64,000 bases of DNA from Octopus vulgaris (lineage: Eukaryota), in contig OX597830.1 of assembly GCA_951406725.2 (NCBI GenBank), forward strand, positions 41,540,001-41,604,000, in the 5' to 3' direction. Positions 13,555 to 23,998 of the stretch are shown here, in pieces (positions within the stretch are counted from its first letter, which is position 1; the number at the start of each line of letters is the position of its first letter). Below the pieces are notes generated by a model. That model had not been told where the DNA came from. It saw nothing but the letters and a program-made list of their open reading frames with translations, and ran no database searches. Position numbers and translations under genes: made by a program.

Positions 13555-14822
13555 TTAATGTTTGTCTTCGTTAATTGTTTACCCTGTGCATCCACTCTGT
13601 TGTTGTTTGTTTGTTCGAAGCCCTAACTCTCCACAAGTTTTATATTTTTAAAATTTCTGGATTCTGCTGTTTTATGAAGGTTTTCTGTCTTGTCGTTGAA
13701 AGCATGAAATGAGTAGCAATAAACAGTCAACAACTGATGAACAAGTTATCTATTGGTATTTTGTCATCTACTTTTCTCTCGTGTATTTACATACTTTTCA
13801 CTCATTGGTGATGTCCTGTACTTAATGTGTATTTTTTATTTATTTATTTATTTATATATATACACACCACACACACACACATCAATAAGCATGCATATAT
13901 GGCTACAACTTACCAACAAACATATTTGTGTGCTGCATGATCTTTTACTGACATGAGCTCTTTTACTCTTTTACTTGTTTCAGTCATTTGACTGCGGCCA
14001 TGCTTGAGCACCGCCTTTTAGTTGAGCAAATCAACCCCAGGACTTATTTTTTGTAAGCCTAGTACTTATTCTATCGGTCTCTTATGCTGAACCGCTAAGT
14101 TATGGGGACGTAAACACACCAGCATCGGTTGTCAAGCGATGTTGAGAGGACAAACACAGACACACAAACATATACACACACATACATACATATATATACA
14201 TATATACGACAGGCCTCTTTCAGTTTCCATCTACCAAATCCACTCACAAGGCTTTGGTCGGCCCGATGCTATAGTAGAAGACACTTGCCCAAGGTGCCAC
14301 GCAGTGGGACTGAATCCAGAACCATGTGGTTGGTAAGCAAGCTACTTACCACACAGCAACTCTTGCGCCTATACATTTATTTCATCAACCAAACCTGGGA
14401 GAGAGAGTGTGTGTGTGTGTTCCAATTTTGTTCAGATCACTTTGAAATGAGACAGATAAATCTTCCATGTAACATATTTGGGCATTTTTGAGGATGCACC
14501 ATTGAAAAGCAAAGGGCAAGCAATACCATCCAGTACTATCTCATAATACCATCCAGTACCATCTCGTACCTTTCTTTGGTAATGACTCTGTGATGAATTA
14601 CAGTTATACATTTATTAATTCTGCTGTATAATTAAAACAATGTTTGGTTACCAATTGTAAGGAATTAGGTCTTAAGAACAATAATTGTCACAGCAACAAT
14701 GCTTGCAATAATGGCACTGGATCGTCAAAATACAGCTATGTAATTTTAAATTAAATACACCCAAGTATTTCTACATAAGTATTCATGTGAAATATTATCA
14801 TTATCATAACAAATTATAAAAG

Positions 14823-15210
14823 GCTATACTGGCCCCGAGGAATAAAACTGTTCACCATATTAATGATGAAATGCTAAAACTCATTCCTGGGGAAGTCTAT
14901 GTATATCAGTCTATCGATACAACTCCTGACCCAGAGGACGTGATCAACTATCCAATAGAGGTACTCAATTCCTTTGAGCACCCCGGACTACCACCACACT
15001 TTCTCAAACTTAAAGTTGGTACCCCTATAATGCTCATCAGAAATTTGGTTCCCCCAAAACAATGCAATGGCACACGTTTGATCGTTAAGTCCTTATCCCC
15101 CACCGTAAACTTATATCAATATTTGCCTGAATAATCATCATAATTCAGTGCAATCATTAACAGTACTTTCAAGCAATTCAGCCCCGAGCAACGCTGGGCA
15201 ATTCTGCTAG
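14823..15210 (+). mobile_element. Helitron deletion derivative with PIF1-like helicase fragment
   Basis: AILAPRNKTVHHIND...YPIEVLNSFEHPGLPPHFLKLKVGTPIMLIRNLVPPKQCNGTRL, then hairpin gccccgagcaacgctgggc and CTAG|T at 15207-15211. The 5' end was not located. Confidence 0.9.
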
Positions 15211-15793
15211 TAAGGTAATACAATTTTACTGTGTGACTCAAATGACTCAAGATTTTCTCACACTCATATTAACTCCATGTGTGTTTGTGTGTGTGTGTAC
15301 ATACATACATACAAATATATACACACACACACACACACAGACACATATATATATATTTATATATATATATATATTATATTATATTATATTTATTACATTA
15401 TATATATATATATATATATATATTATATGCACACATAAACTCACCTCACAAAGGAAAAAGATACTTTTGTGACTTTTTGTTTGAGAATATTTTTGAGATT
15501 GATATACTTATTTATTGTTTTCTTATTCATGTTTATAAATACATTTAATTAGTTTATACAGATTCATTGTTCCCGTTCCCTGTATGTATTGTAATGATAT
15601 TTGCAGTTGCTTCCTCTCAAGTATTTTTTTTACTACTGGATCCTACTCTAAAGCTAATTTCTGACAATATATGTCAATTACAATAAATTTTCCTCTATTC
15701 TAAAATTTTATAATGGTTTTTTTATCTTAACATTTATTTACTTTTGGTGTTAAATTATTAATTTTTGTCTTTTTCACAGCTCTTTTATTTTAA

Positions 15794-15984
15794 CCGTTTA
15801 GCATTCAGATTATTCTTACAGAATGCTGATTTATTCAATTGTTCTGATTGAATTATGCATTATCTTGTAGCTTTGAGGTTTCAATGATCTCGTTGTTTAT
15901 CTTATGACATTGTAGGGTAGGTGCAAGAGGCCAGATCTGGCTGGTTTGAACATAAAACAGGTGGTCAGTTTAAATGCTAAAGAG
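15794..15984. mobile_element. TTAA MITE, family 2
   Basis: ttaa|ccgtttagcatt...aatgctaaagag|ttaa. Related copies at 34789-35001, 36143-36368 and about 16175-16320 (partial). Confidence 0.75.
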
Positions 15985-16760
15985 TTAAACTGCTAAGCAT
16001 GTAGTTATCTTGATGGTAATGTTGTTCTTTAATACCAAGTCAACCCTGATCAAACAGATCTGTAATCAGAGGTATCCACAGCCATCACCATCACATTCTT
16101 CAGACAGATGGCTGCAGATTTAGGGCTATATAATCCAATATGACTTCCTCTCAAGAGAGTAGAATGTACTTTAACCCAACCCTTTATCATTTAAACCGAC
16201 CATATCCAGACCAAATATCCTATCTGTTTTATGTTCAAACAGGCCAGATCCAGCCACTTACACCTACCCTACAATGTCATTCTAAAAATAAACAATTGCA
16301 TCATTGAAATCTCAAAGCTGTGAGTGTGTTTGTTGGTTTGTTTACATTCCTGTCGCTTAGCTGTTTGGCAAAAGAGATCAATAGAATAAGTATCATAGTG
16401 CTGGTGTTAATTTGTTTGATCAAAACCCTTCAAAGTGGTGTCCTAGCATGGCCACCGTCTAATAATGACTGAAACAAGTAAGGAACAGGAAGAATATTAG
16501 GGTTGGTAATGAATTAAATTTGAATCTTTTATCCTTTGCTTTTTTCAGTCATTGGACTGCGGCCATGCTGGGGCACTGCCTTGAAAGGTTTTAGTCAAAC
16601 AATTGACACCAAGACATTTTTTTTATAATTCCTATTTCTTATTCTATCAGTCCCTTTTGCCAAACCACTAGGTTATGGGGATATAAACACACCAACACCG
16701 GTTGTCAAGTGCTGGTGAGTGACACATGTAAAGACACACACACATATACATACATATGTA

Positions 16761-16816
<56 letters not shown>

Positions 16817-18184
16817 TGGCTTCTTTCAGTTTCCCTCTACCAAATCCACTTACAAGGCTTTGGTCAGGCTGAGACTGTAACAGAAGACACTTGCCCAAGA
16901 TTGCAGTGGGACTGAACCCAGAACCATGTGGTTGTGAAGCATGCTTCTTACTACACTGCCTGACTACTTCTCATAATATACATTTTCTTATGACAATACC
17001 AATAAACTCTGAAGCTTCTCACACTCGCAACTTTGCTGTTGAAAATTACACAAAAGACATAATAGAGTAACAAATCACAAAAAAAAAACAAAGAAATAAC
17101 ACAATTAAGACATGTATTACTAAAATAAATTTGTGTGTCTGTCACGTTTTGACCTTGGTCTTTCAAATTTGACCTGTAGTCTGGGTTCTCGCTCTTGTTT
17201 CACAAAAAACGTGGAAGTGTTTGTATGTACACGCTTGTGGGTGTGTTTGTTTGTGGTGTGGAGTCCTAGATGTTAATATATATCGATGACATGATGTCGT
17301 TATTCTTTTTGTTTGTTTTTTCCTCTGGGAGCATACTGTCTTTTACCTCTAATCTTTTGGCCTCATGCGTTTCAGCCATGCTGGAGCACTGCATCAAAGG
17401 ATTTTAGTTGAACAAATTTACCCCCCAGCACTTATTTTTAAGTCTACTTGTGGATAAAATACAAGTATACAGGAAAAAAATAAATAAAACAAAGAACCAG
17501 CTCTAATTACTTTTAAAATGCAATTAATTTTCAGAAGTGGGGCAAATTATGACCAGGATATAGTTTCAAACAAAGGTGGTGTATATGATGTGTGTGTGTG
17601 TGTTTGTGTATATATATATATACCTGAGGAATTGAAGGTGATGCATTTCACTTGTCACCTGAGCTATAAACTATCTCTGATAAAACAACAACCCTTGTCT
17701 AAGTTTACCTCTACAATATCAACATACAAACAAGCCACTGAATGTACATTAGGATTCACTTGAATGAACAGAACCTGATACATATGCGGAGCCTGTTTGT
17801 CTTATGAACACAGTAATGATTGTATTTTCCAGAATACAAGTTGATGTAGTGTATAGTGATATCCAAACATTGTCATTCTCTTGCAAATTACTGCTGTATT
17901 TCACAAGTAATTTTTGGTCCTCCCAAGCTGTCTTGTATAACTCAAGCTACCTTTTTTGGTGGGGCTGTAAATTTTGGTCTGAAAAATTTAACTTGTATGC
18001 CAGAAAATATGATAGAAGGTGGCGAGCTGACAGAAATGTTAGCACACCGGGCGAAATGCTTAGCGGTATTTTGTCTGCCGCTACGTTCTGAGTTCAACTT
18101 CTCGCCAAGGTTGACTTTGCCTTTCATCCTTTCAGGGTCGATTAAATAAGTACCAGTTATGCACTGGGGTCGATATAATCGACT

Positions 18185-18603
18185 TGTTGTGATGCTACTG
18201 TGTAAGGTTCAGGGCGCATGCGCAGAATGGGACTACTTCCGGGTGGCCACCGGAAGTCTTCCCCATGCGCATGTGCGGGAAACTGACCCCTAAGGAACAG
18301 TAAACTCGATCACTCTCTCTGGCCATTTCAGCCCTCGTGAACAGATGTGCATTTGGTAGTCTCTGATAACTATACCGACTTAGCCGCGGACGACATCAAA
18401 TCACTTCAACCAACCAACAAGAAGCTGTACAACAGATTCGGCTGTCGTTTTCCCTTCAGAAATACGTACACCATCACGAATAATAAACAACACTGCTGTC
18501 TTTCCCAGATAACCTGACTTCGTCTGTTATATCTAACTAAATTGAATGTGACGGGATCGGATCGGATACCCCTTCAGTGATACCGATTCCAGATCCTGTT
18601 ACA
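18185..18603 (+). repeat. 5' LTR (419 bp)
   Basis: TGTTGT...GTTACA. By eye it differs from the 3' LTR by 5 substitutions and 1 indel. AATAAA at 18482. Confidence 0.97.
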
Positions 18604-18605
18604 AT

Positions 18606-18615
18606 TGGTGACCCC
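18606..18615 (+). promoter_or_regulatory. Primer-binding site, tRNA-Trp type
   Basis: TGGTGACCCC lies 2 nt after the 5' LTR and is complementary to the tRNA-Trp 3' end (...GGGGUCACCA). Confidence 0.85.
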
Positions 18616-18947
18616 AAGTAAAAAAAAAAAAAAAAAGAACAGAAGACGCAGCGAACAGGTTTTGCCAGTTAGAGCACTGAACACTCAGTTTTCACTTTCA
18701 TTTTTCTTTCCTTTCAGGACGGCGAAAGTGCGTACAAACAAAAGTTTTATTCATCGCACTCAGTACACTGAAAAAAAAAAAAAAAAAGAAACACGCACAC
18801 CTTATTTTTTTTTTCTTTTCCTTTGTGCACACACACACACACCAGTACACAAAACACGATTTTTGATTTGCTTTGTCGGTTCCACGTGTTCTCCACTTCT
18901 CGTTCATACCTTCTGCCCCTTTCTGACAGGCGATTCTTCGGACAAAC

Positions 18948-19699
18948 ATGGCTGCATCAGGTTTGCCTTCATTCACAGGGGATGCGGGTCTGTGGCTTGC
19001 CCAGGTGGAGTCGCATTTTGCCGCACATGCCGTTCCTCCACAGCAGCAGTTGCATCTGCTATAATCGAGTTTGCCTTCCCGACTTGCCACATCGGTCAGG
19101 GATCTCATAATGAGTCCCCACCCTGACGCCACATACGCGTCAGTAAAGGCCGAAATCCTCCACCGCAACACGCGGTTGGAGGAAAGTAAATTTAATGAAC
19201 TAATGGCCGACGAACAGTTGGGGGACAGGACTCCATCCCAGTTCCTGCGCCACCTAAGGGAGCTAAGCGGCAACACAGCAGACGCGCCACTCTTACGGAA
19301 GATATTCTTCTCCAGGTTGCCTGCCCACGTGCAGACAATGTTGGCCACGGCACTGGAGTCTGTGTCAGTAGACCAGATTGCCACGATTGCCGACAAAATA
19401 TTAGAATTTTCAGGACCATCTCCATCGCGGGGCCTGTACGCATGTACAGAGCCCCCTCCGACACCTTCTCGGACGAAAAATTCATTAGCCGAGAAGATCG
19501 ATGCGCTTACGCAGCAAGTTGATGATCTGTGCCGTGCGATCAGGCGCCGACCTCGCAGTCGTAGTCGCAGTGGCTCTGTTTCCCGTAGTCGGAGTGACTC
19601 TGTTTCTCGCTCCGGCTGGTTCTGGTATCATTCAAAGTTGCCGCCGAAAAGGCAGAACGGTGTACCCAGCCATGCACTTTCCAGCCCTCGGGAAACTAA
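18948..19699 (+). pseudogene. gag: Retrotransposon gag, disrupted
   Basis: MAASGLPSFTGDAGLWLAQVESHF..., then QLGDRTPSQFLRHLREL, an RS-rich tract, and a degenerate CHCC knuckle WFWYH...AERCTQPC...SGN*. In-frame TAA at 19062 and a frameshift lesion near 19640. Confidence 0.88.
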
Positions 19700-19754
19700 A
19701 TCCGGAGGAGGTGAGCACGTCACCTTCTTCCTTCTCGTTTCCCAAAAATTGTGC
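19690..19754 (+). promoter_or_regulatory. -1 programmed ribosomal frameshift signal (slippery heptamer plus stem-loop/pseudoknot)
   Basis: G GGA AAC at 19690-19696 directly before the gag TAA, with pol in the -1 frame. A 7-nt spacer is followed by an 11-bp stem (19704-19714 with 19720-19730). Confidence 0.82.
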
Positions 19755-22626
19755 GTTCTTTGTGAAAGATCTGGTGTCGAAGAAATTCTTCATGGTGGAC
19801 ACTGGCTCTTGTTGCAGCATCTGGCCCCTTCGTCTGACTGCAGACAAGCCCAAGCGCTCTTCAATTGTCTTGCATGCCATTGACTCGTCTCCCATAACCA
19901 CCTTCAGTCAGATTTCGCTGCGCCTCGACATCAACCTTCGTCGAGATTTTCAATGGGTTTTGGTCATCGCTGACATCCCGCATCCTATTCTCAGCGCTGA
20001 TTTCTTGGATAGGTTTAATCTATTGGTGAATGTCAGGCGTCGGAGGCTTCTTGACAGCACGACGTTGCTCTCTACGCCGACTGGGAGTTCCACCAATGCG
20101 GTCCTTAGCCCGTCATTCTTTGTTGCCACCTCTGGAGACGCTTTTCACTCTCTTTTGGCCTCATTTCCGGAGCTAGTGGACATTGCCTTTCAACCGGAAA
20201 AGCCTACCCACTCAACCCTTCATTTTATCACCACCACTGGACCGCCTGTATTTTCGCGCCTACGGCGCATTGCGCCTGACCGACTAAAAGCGGCTAGGGC
20301 CGAGTTTGAGCACATGCTTCAACTTGGCCTTATACGCCCCTCCACCAGCCCATGGGCGTCTCCCCTTCATTTGGTGCGAAAGGGCGAGTCTGATTTTCAC
20401 CCAGTAGGAGACTATCGACGCCTCAATGCCGTAACAATAGCCGACAGGTATCCAATCAGAAATCTACAGGACTTTACGGAAAATCTCCATGGTTGTACCA
20501 TTTTTTCGAAGGTCGACCTTATACGCGCGTACCATCAAATACCGGTCAACCCAGCAGACGTTCCGAAAACTGCGATCACTACCCCTTTTGGGTGTTTTCA
20601 GTTTTTGTATATGAGTTTCGGTTTGCGGAATGCTACTAGCACTTTCCAGCGTTTCATTGATGAGGTTGTCTGCGGTCTTGATTTTGTGTTTGCCTATGTC
20701 GATGATATACTCATTGCGAGCGACACGCGTGAAAATCATCTCCAGCACCTTTCTCAGCTTTTTCAGCGTCTTCGCGCTTATAGTATACGTATAAATCCCG
20801 ACAAGTGTGTTTTCGGACGCTCTTCCCTAGATTTTCTAAGCCATCATATTGATTTGAGTGGAATCAGCCCTCTGTCGTCAAAGGTCGATGCCATTCAACG
20901 CATCGCACCTCCCACTTCCTTGCGCCAGCTCAGGCATTATCTAGGGATGATCAATTTCTACAGACGTTTTATTCCCGGTTGTGCAGATAAGCTACTTCCT
21001 CTCACCAGGCTATTAAAGGACACTCCTAGAAAGGACGGTCAAGTCACCCTCTCTGTTGAGGCACTGACAGCCTTTGAGTCCATTAAGAAGGAGCTGGCTT
21101 CTGTTTCTTTGCTTGCACATCCGGTTCCTGGTGCTTCTCCCTCTTTGACTGTAGACGCATCGGACACTGCGATTGGCGCTGTGTTACAACACACAGTGGA
21201 TGATCATATTCGACCTCTGGCTTTCTTTTCCCGCCAACTGCAACCAGCTGAACGACGATACAGCACCTTTGATCGTGAGCTCCTAGCGATCTATCTATCG
21301 GTTCGTCATTTCCAGCATCAACTTGAAGGGCGAGATTTTGTGATCTATACGGATCACAAGCCCCTTACGTTTACCCTGTGTTCAAAAACGGACAAACTTT
21401 CGCCTCGTGCTTTCCGGCACCTGGATTTTATCTCTCAATTCACTAGTAACATTCGACACATACCTGGAAAAGAGAACGTTCCTGCTGACGCTCTCTCTCG
21501 CCTTCCAGTCTGTGCCCTTTCGTCTCCTGCTGCTATCGACTTAACTGCCATCTCGCAGGAGCAGCCACCTTTGGCGTCGTTAGACTTAACTTCTCCCAAG
21601 TTCTCCTGTTGCCAGTTTTCCTACCTTCCGCTTCCGAAGGCACCATTTTTTGTGATACTTCCACTGGTTCTCCCAGGCCACTCATGCCTGAGAATCATCA
21701 ACGCTCAGTGTTTGAAGCACTGCACTCCTTATCACATCCTGGCATCGCTGCCACCCTTAAGCTAATCACTGCTCGGTTTTTCTGGCCGAATATGCGTCAC
21801 ACTATTACTTCTTGGACACGCACCTGCTCCAAGTGTCAACGGTCCAAGATTCAACGGCACGTTCGTGCCCCGCTTGGACATTTTCCCCCTACGGAGGCCC
21901 GTTTTCGCCATGTCCACATCGATCTGGTTGGACCATGGCCTGTGAGTCGCGGGTTTTGTTATCTGTTAACTTGTGTCGATCGTTTCTCCCGCTGGCCAGA
22001 AGCCATTCCGATAGCAGACATTTCTGCTGAGACTGTTGTGCGAGCCTTCGTTTCAAAGTGGATTTCCCGTTTCGGAGTCCCGTCCAGATTGACTACTGAT
22101 CATGGACGTCAGTTTGAAGCTTCGCGAATTGTCGTGCATTTTAGGTGTGCATCATATTCACACTACCAGCTATCATCCAGCGTCTAATGGATTAGTTGAA
22201 CGGTTCTATAGACAGCTCAAGCCCACTCTTCGTGCCTCCTCGGATCCACAGTCCTGGATTGAATTTCTGCCAATTGTGCTTCTTGGTTGTCGCACTGCTG
22301 TCAAGGCAGACCTGGGGTTTTCTGCTGCAGAGTTACTGTATGGTACCACACTGGTATTGCCTGGTACGATGTTGGTGCCAGACACTTCCCAGCCCCATGA
22401 TCCGGCGACCTATGTCGCCAGACTGCGTTCATATTTTTCGAATCTTCCACCCATGGTTCCCAGGAAACAATCTCCACCATACCATCTCCCACCGGATATG
22501 GACACTTGGTCGCATGTTTTTGTTCGGGACGACTCTGTCAAGGGACCACTTGTTTCTCCCTATATTACAAGATCAGGCAGAACAGTGCATTGGCCCAAGA
22601 AACTTTCAAAGACAATTTATATTTAA
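19690..22626 (+). pseudogene. pol: Retrotransposon pol (protease, RT, RNase H, integrase), frameshifted in the integrase region
   Basis: Protease VDTGS; RT SPWASPLHLV, GDYRRLN, YVDD; RNase H VDASD, DRELLAIY, TDHKPL, ADALSR; integrase HHCC, HIDLVGP, TDHGRQF, NGLVERF. Frame breaks near 21630 and 22120. Confidence 0.96.
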
Positions 22627-22747
22627 CTTTCTTTCAAATTTCTTGTTTTTGTATGATATTATGTACCAAATCTTCTGGGGGATCGGCAAGCCATCTGTTT
22701 TTCTGCAGCACCACTACAAATTTTCTTGTTTTCGTACTTCCGCACTC

Positions 22748-22756
22748 GAGGGGGAG
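22748..22756 (+). promoter_or_regulatory. Polypurine tract
   Basis: GAGGGGGAG, 3 nt before the 3' LTR. Confidence 0.85.
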
Positions 22757-22759
22757 CCA

Positions 22760-23179
22760 TGTAGTGATGCTACTGTGTAAGGTTCAGGGCGCATGCGCAG
22801 AATGGGACTACTTCCGGGTGGCCACCGGAAGTCTTCCCCATGCGCATGTGCGGGAAACTGACCCCGTAAAGAACAGTAAACTCGATCACTCTCTCTGGCC
22901 ATTTCAGCCCTCGTGAACAGATGTGCATTTGGTAGTCTCTGATAACTATACCGACTTAGCCGCGGACGACATCGAATCACTTCAACCAACCAACAAGAAA
23001 CTGTACAACAGATTCGGCTGTCGTTTCCCCTTCAGAAATACGTACACCATCACGAATAATAAACAACACTGCTGTCTTTCCCAGATAACCTGACTTCGTC
23101 TGTTATATCTAACTAAATTGAATGTGACGGGATCGGATCGGATACCCCTTCAGTGATACCGATTCCAGATCCTGTTACA
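22760..23179 (+). repeat. 3' LTR (420 bp)
   Basis: TGTAGT...GTTACA, preceded by a polypurine tract. AATAAA at 23058. Confidence 0.97.
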
Positions 23180-23620
23180 GACTTAATCCATTTGTCTGTC
23201 CTTGTTTGTCCTCTCTGTGTGTAGCCGTTTATGGGCAGAAAACAAATAAGAAAATATGATAGTTGAACATTTAAATACCCCTTATTATCTCTCTTAGCAG
23301 CTGTAAATGCACAACATATCAATCAGGTTGTGTGTCCATAATTTTTGGGAAATTATGGTCCTCCTTCCACTTGCTGAAATAGCAGCCTTCCTATTTGGAG
23401 AAAGAGAAAATAGTAAAGGATACGCTAGCATGGTATCATTTTATGTAAACATGATCAGTGTATTAGACAACAGGAATTGGGATTATGGTCCTTTGCATTT
23501 GTTTTTCCTTTCTTTCCTTAGCCATTTCAATACCTGCTGAAACCACTTCTGGCTCTGTAGTACAAATGTCCTGTTTACAAAAGTTCTGAATTAAAATCTT
23601 CCACCAAACTTTAGTCATGA

Positions 23621-23998
23621 CTAGCAGTATCGCCCGGCGTTGCTCGGGTTTGTAAGGGAAATAACTATATAAGCATTTTTAGAGAGTTACTTCCTTTATA
23701 GATGCCAATTTGGGCTTTCTTAGCAAACACAGGTGCAGGTGTTTGAGCGTGGACGCCAACTCTGCCGCCATCGACACACGAAAAATTATGCATTAAAATG
23801 GAATAAAAAATGATGTTAAATTATTTTTAAAATCGTAGACTCATCGTAGATGCGCGCTAATAGCCAGACGGGCTTGATATTAATCACGACTATAAGATAC
23901 CCGAATTTGGTTAAACTGCACCGCAAAATGTGGGAGGAGTTAGGAATCTAAATCGTAGGAGACAGACACTCACACAACTACAGTTTTATATATATAGA
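23621..23998 (-). mobile_element. Non-autonomous Helitron nested in a TTAA MITE
   Basis: Minus strand reads A|TCTATATATA...cccgagcaacgccggg...CTAG|T. It splits the MITE at 23522-24116. Confidence 0.85.

Larger units (their letters stand above)
18185..23179 (+). mobile_element. Nearly full-length Ty3/gypsy LTR retrotransposon, CsRn1-like, inserted into a SINE
   Basis: Two TG...CA LTRs, 4-bp TSD GACT (18181-18184 and 23180-23183), PBS, PPT, and gag plus pol in PR-RT-RH-IN order. Confidence 0.97.
18016..23248 (+). mobile_element. SINE family A copy split by the LTR element
   Basis: Head and core at 18016-18184, tail at 23180-23248, own 14-bp TSD agaaaatatgatag (18002-18015 and 23249-23262). 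Confidence 0.92.

Noticed and set aside
14871-15134. Host PIF1 helicase gene
   Set aside because: Short isolated fragment ending at a Helitron hairpin-CTAG terminus, so it is transposon-derived.
8361-16915. Many short ORFs with YIYIYI, CVCVCV or HTHTHT runs
   Set aside because: Translations of dinucleotide microsatellites and SINEs.
17291-17410. Hydrophobic ATG-initiated stretch MMSLFFLFVFSSGSILSF as the missing signal-peptide exon
   Set aside because: It runs into a SINE tail and a stop, with no WGPGL or RYFxIQ motif and no suitable phase-2 donor.
18605-19396. 173-aa and 232-aa ORFs over the LTR element leader and antisense to gag
   Set aside because: Driven by poly-A/T tracts and GC-rich off-frame sequence, with no domain signature.
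23281-23340. ttagcag...AAVNAQHINQ as a possible upstream exon
   Set aside because: Stops on both sides, wrong phase, and only superficial similarity to IQAVD.
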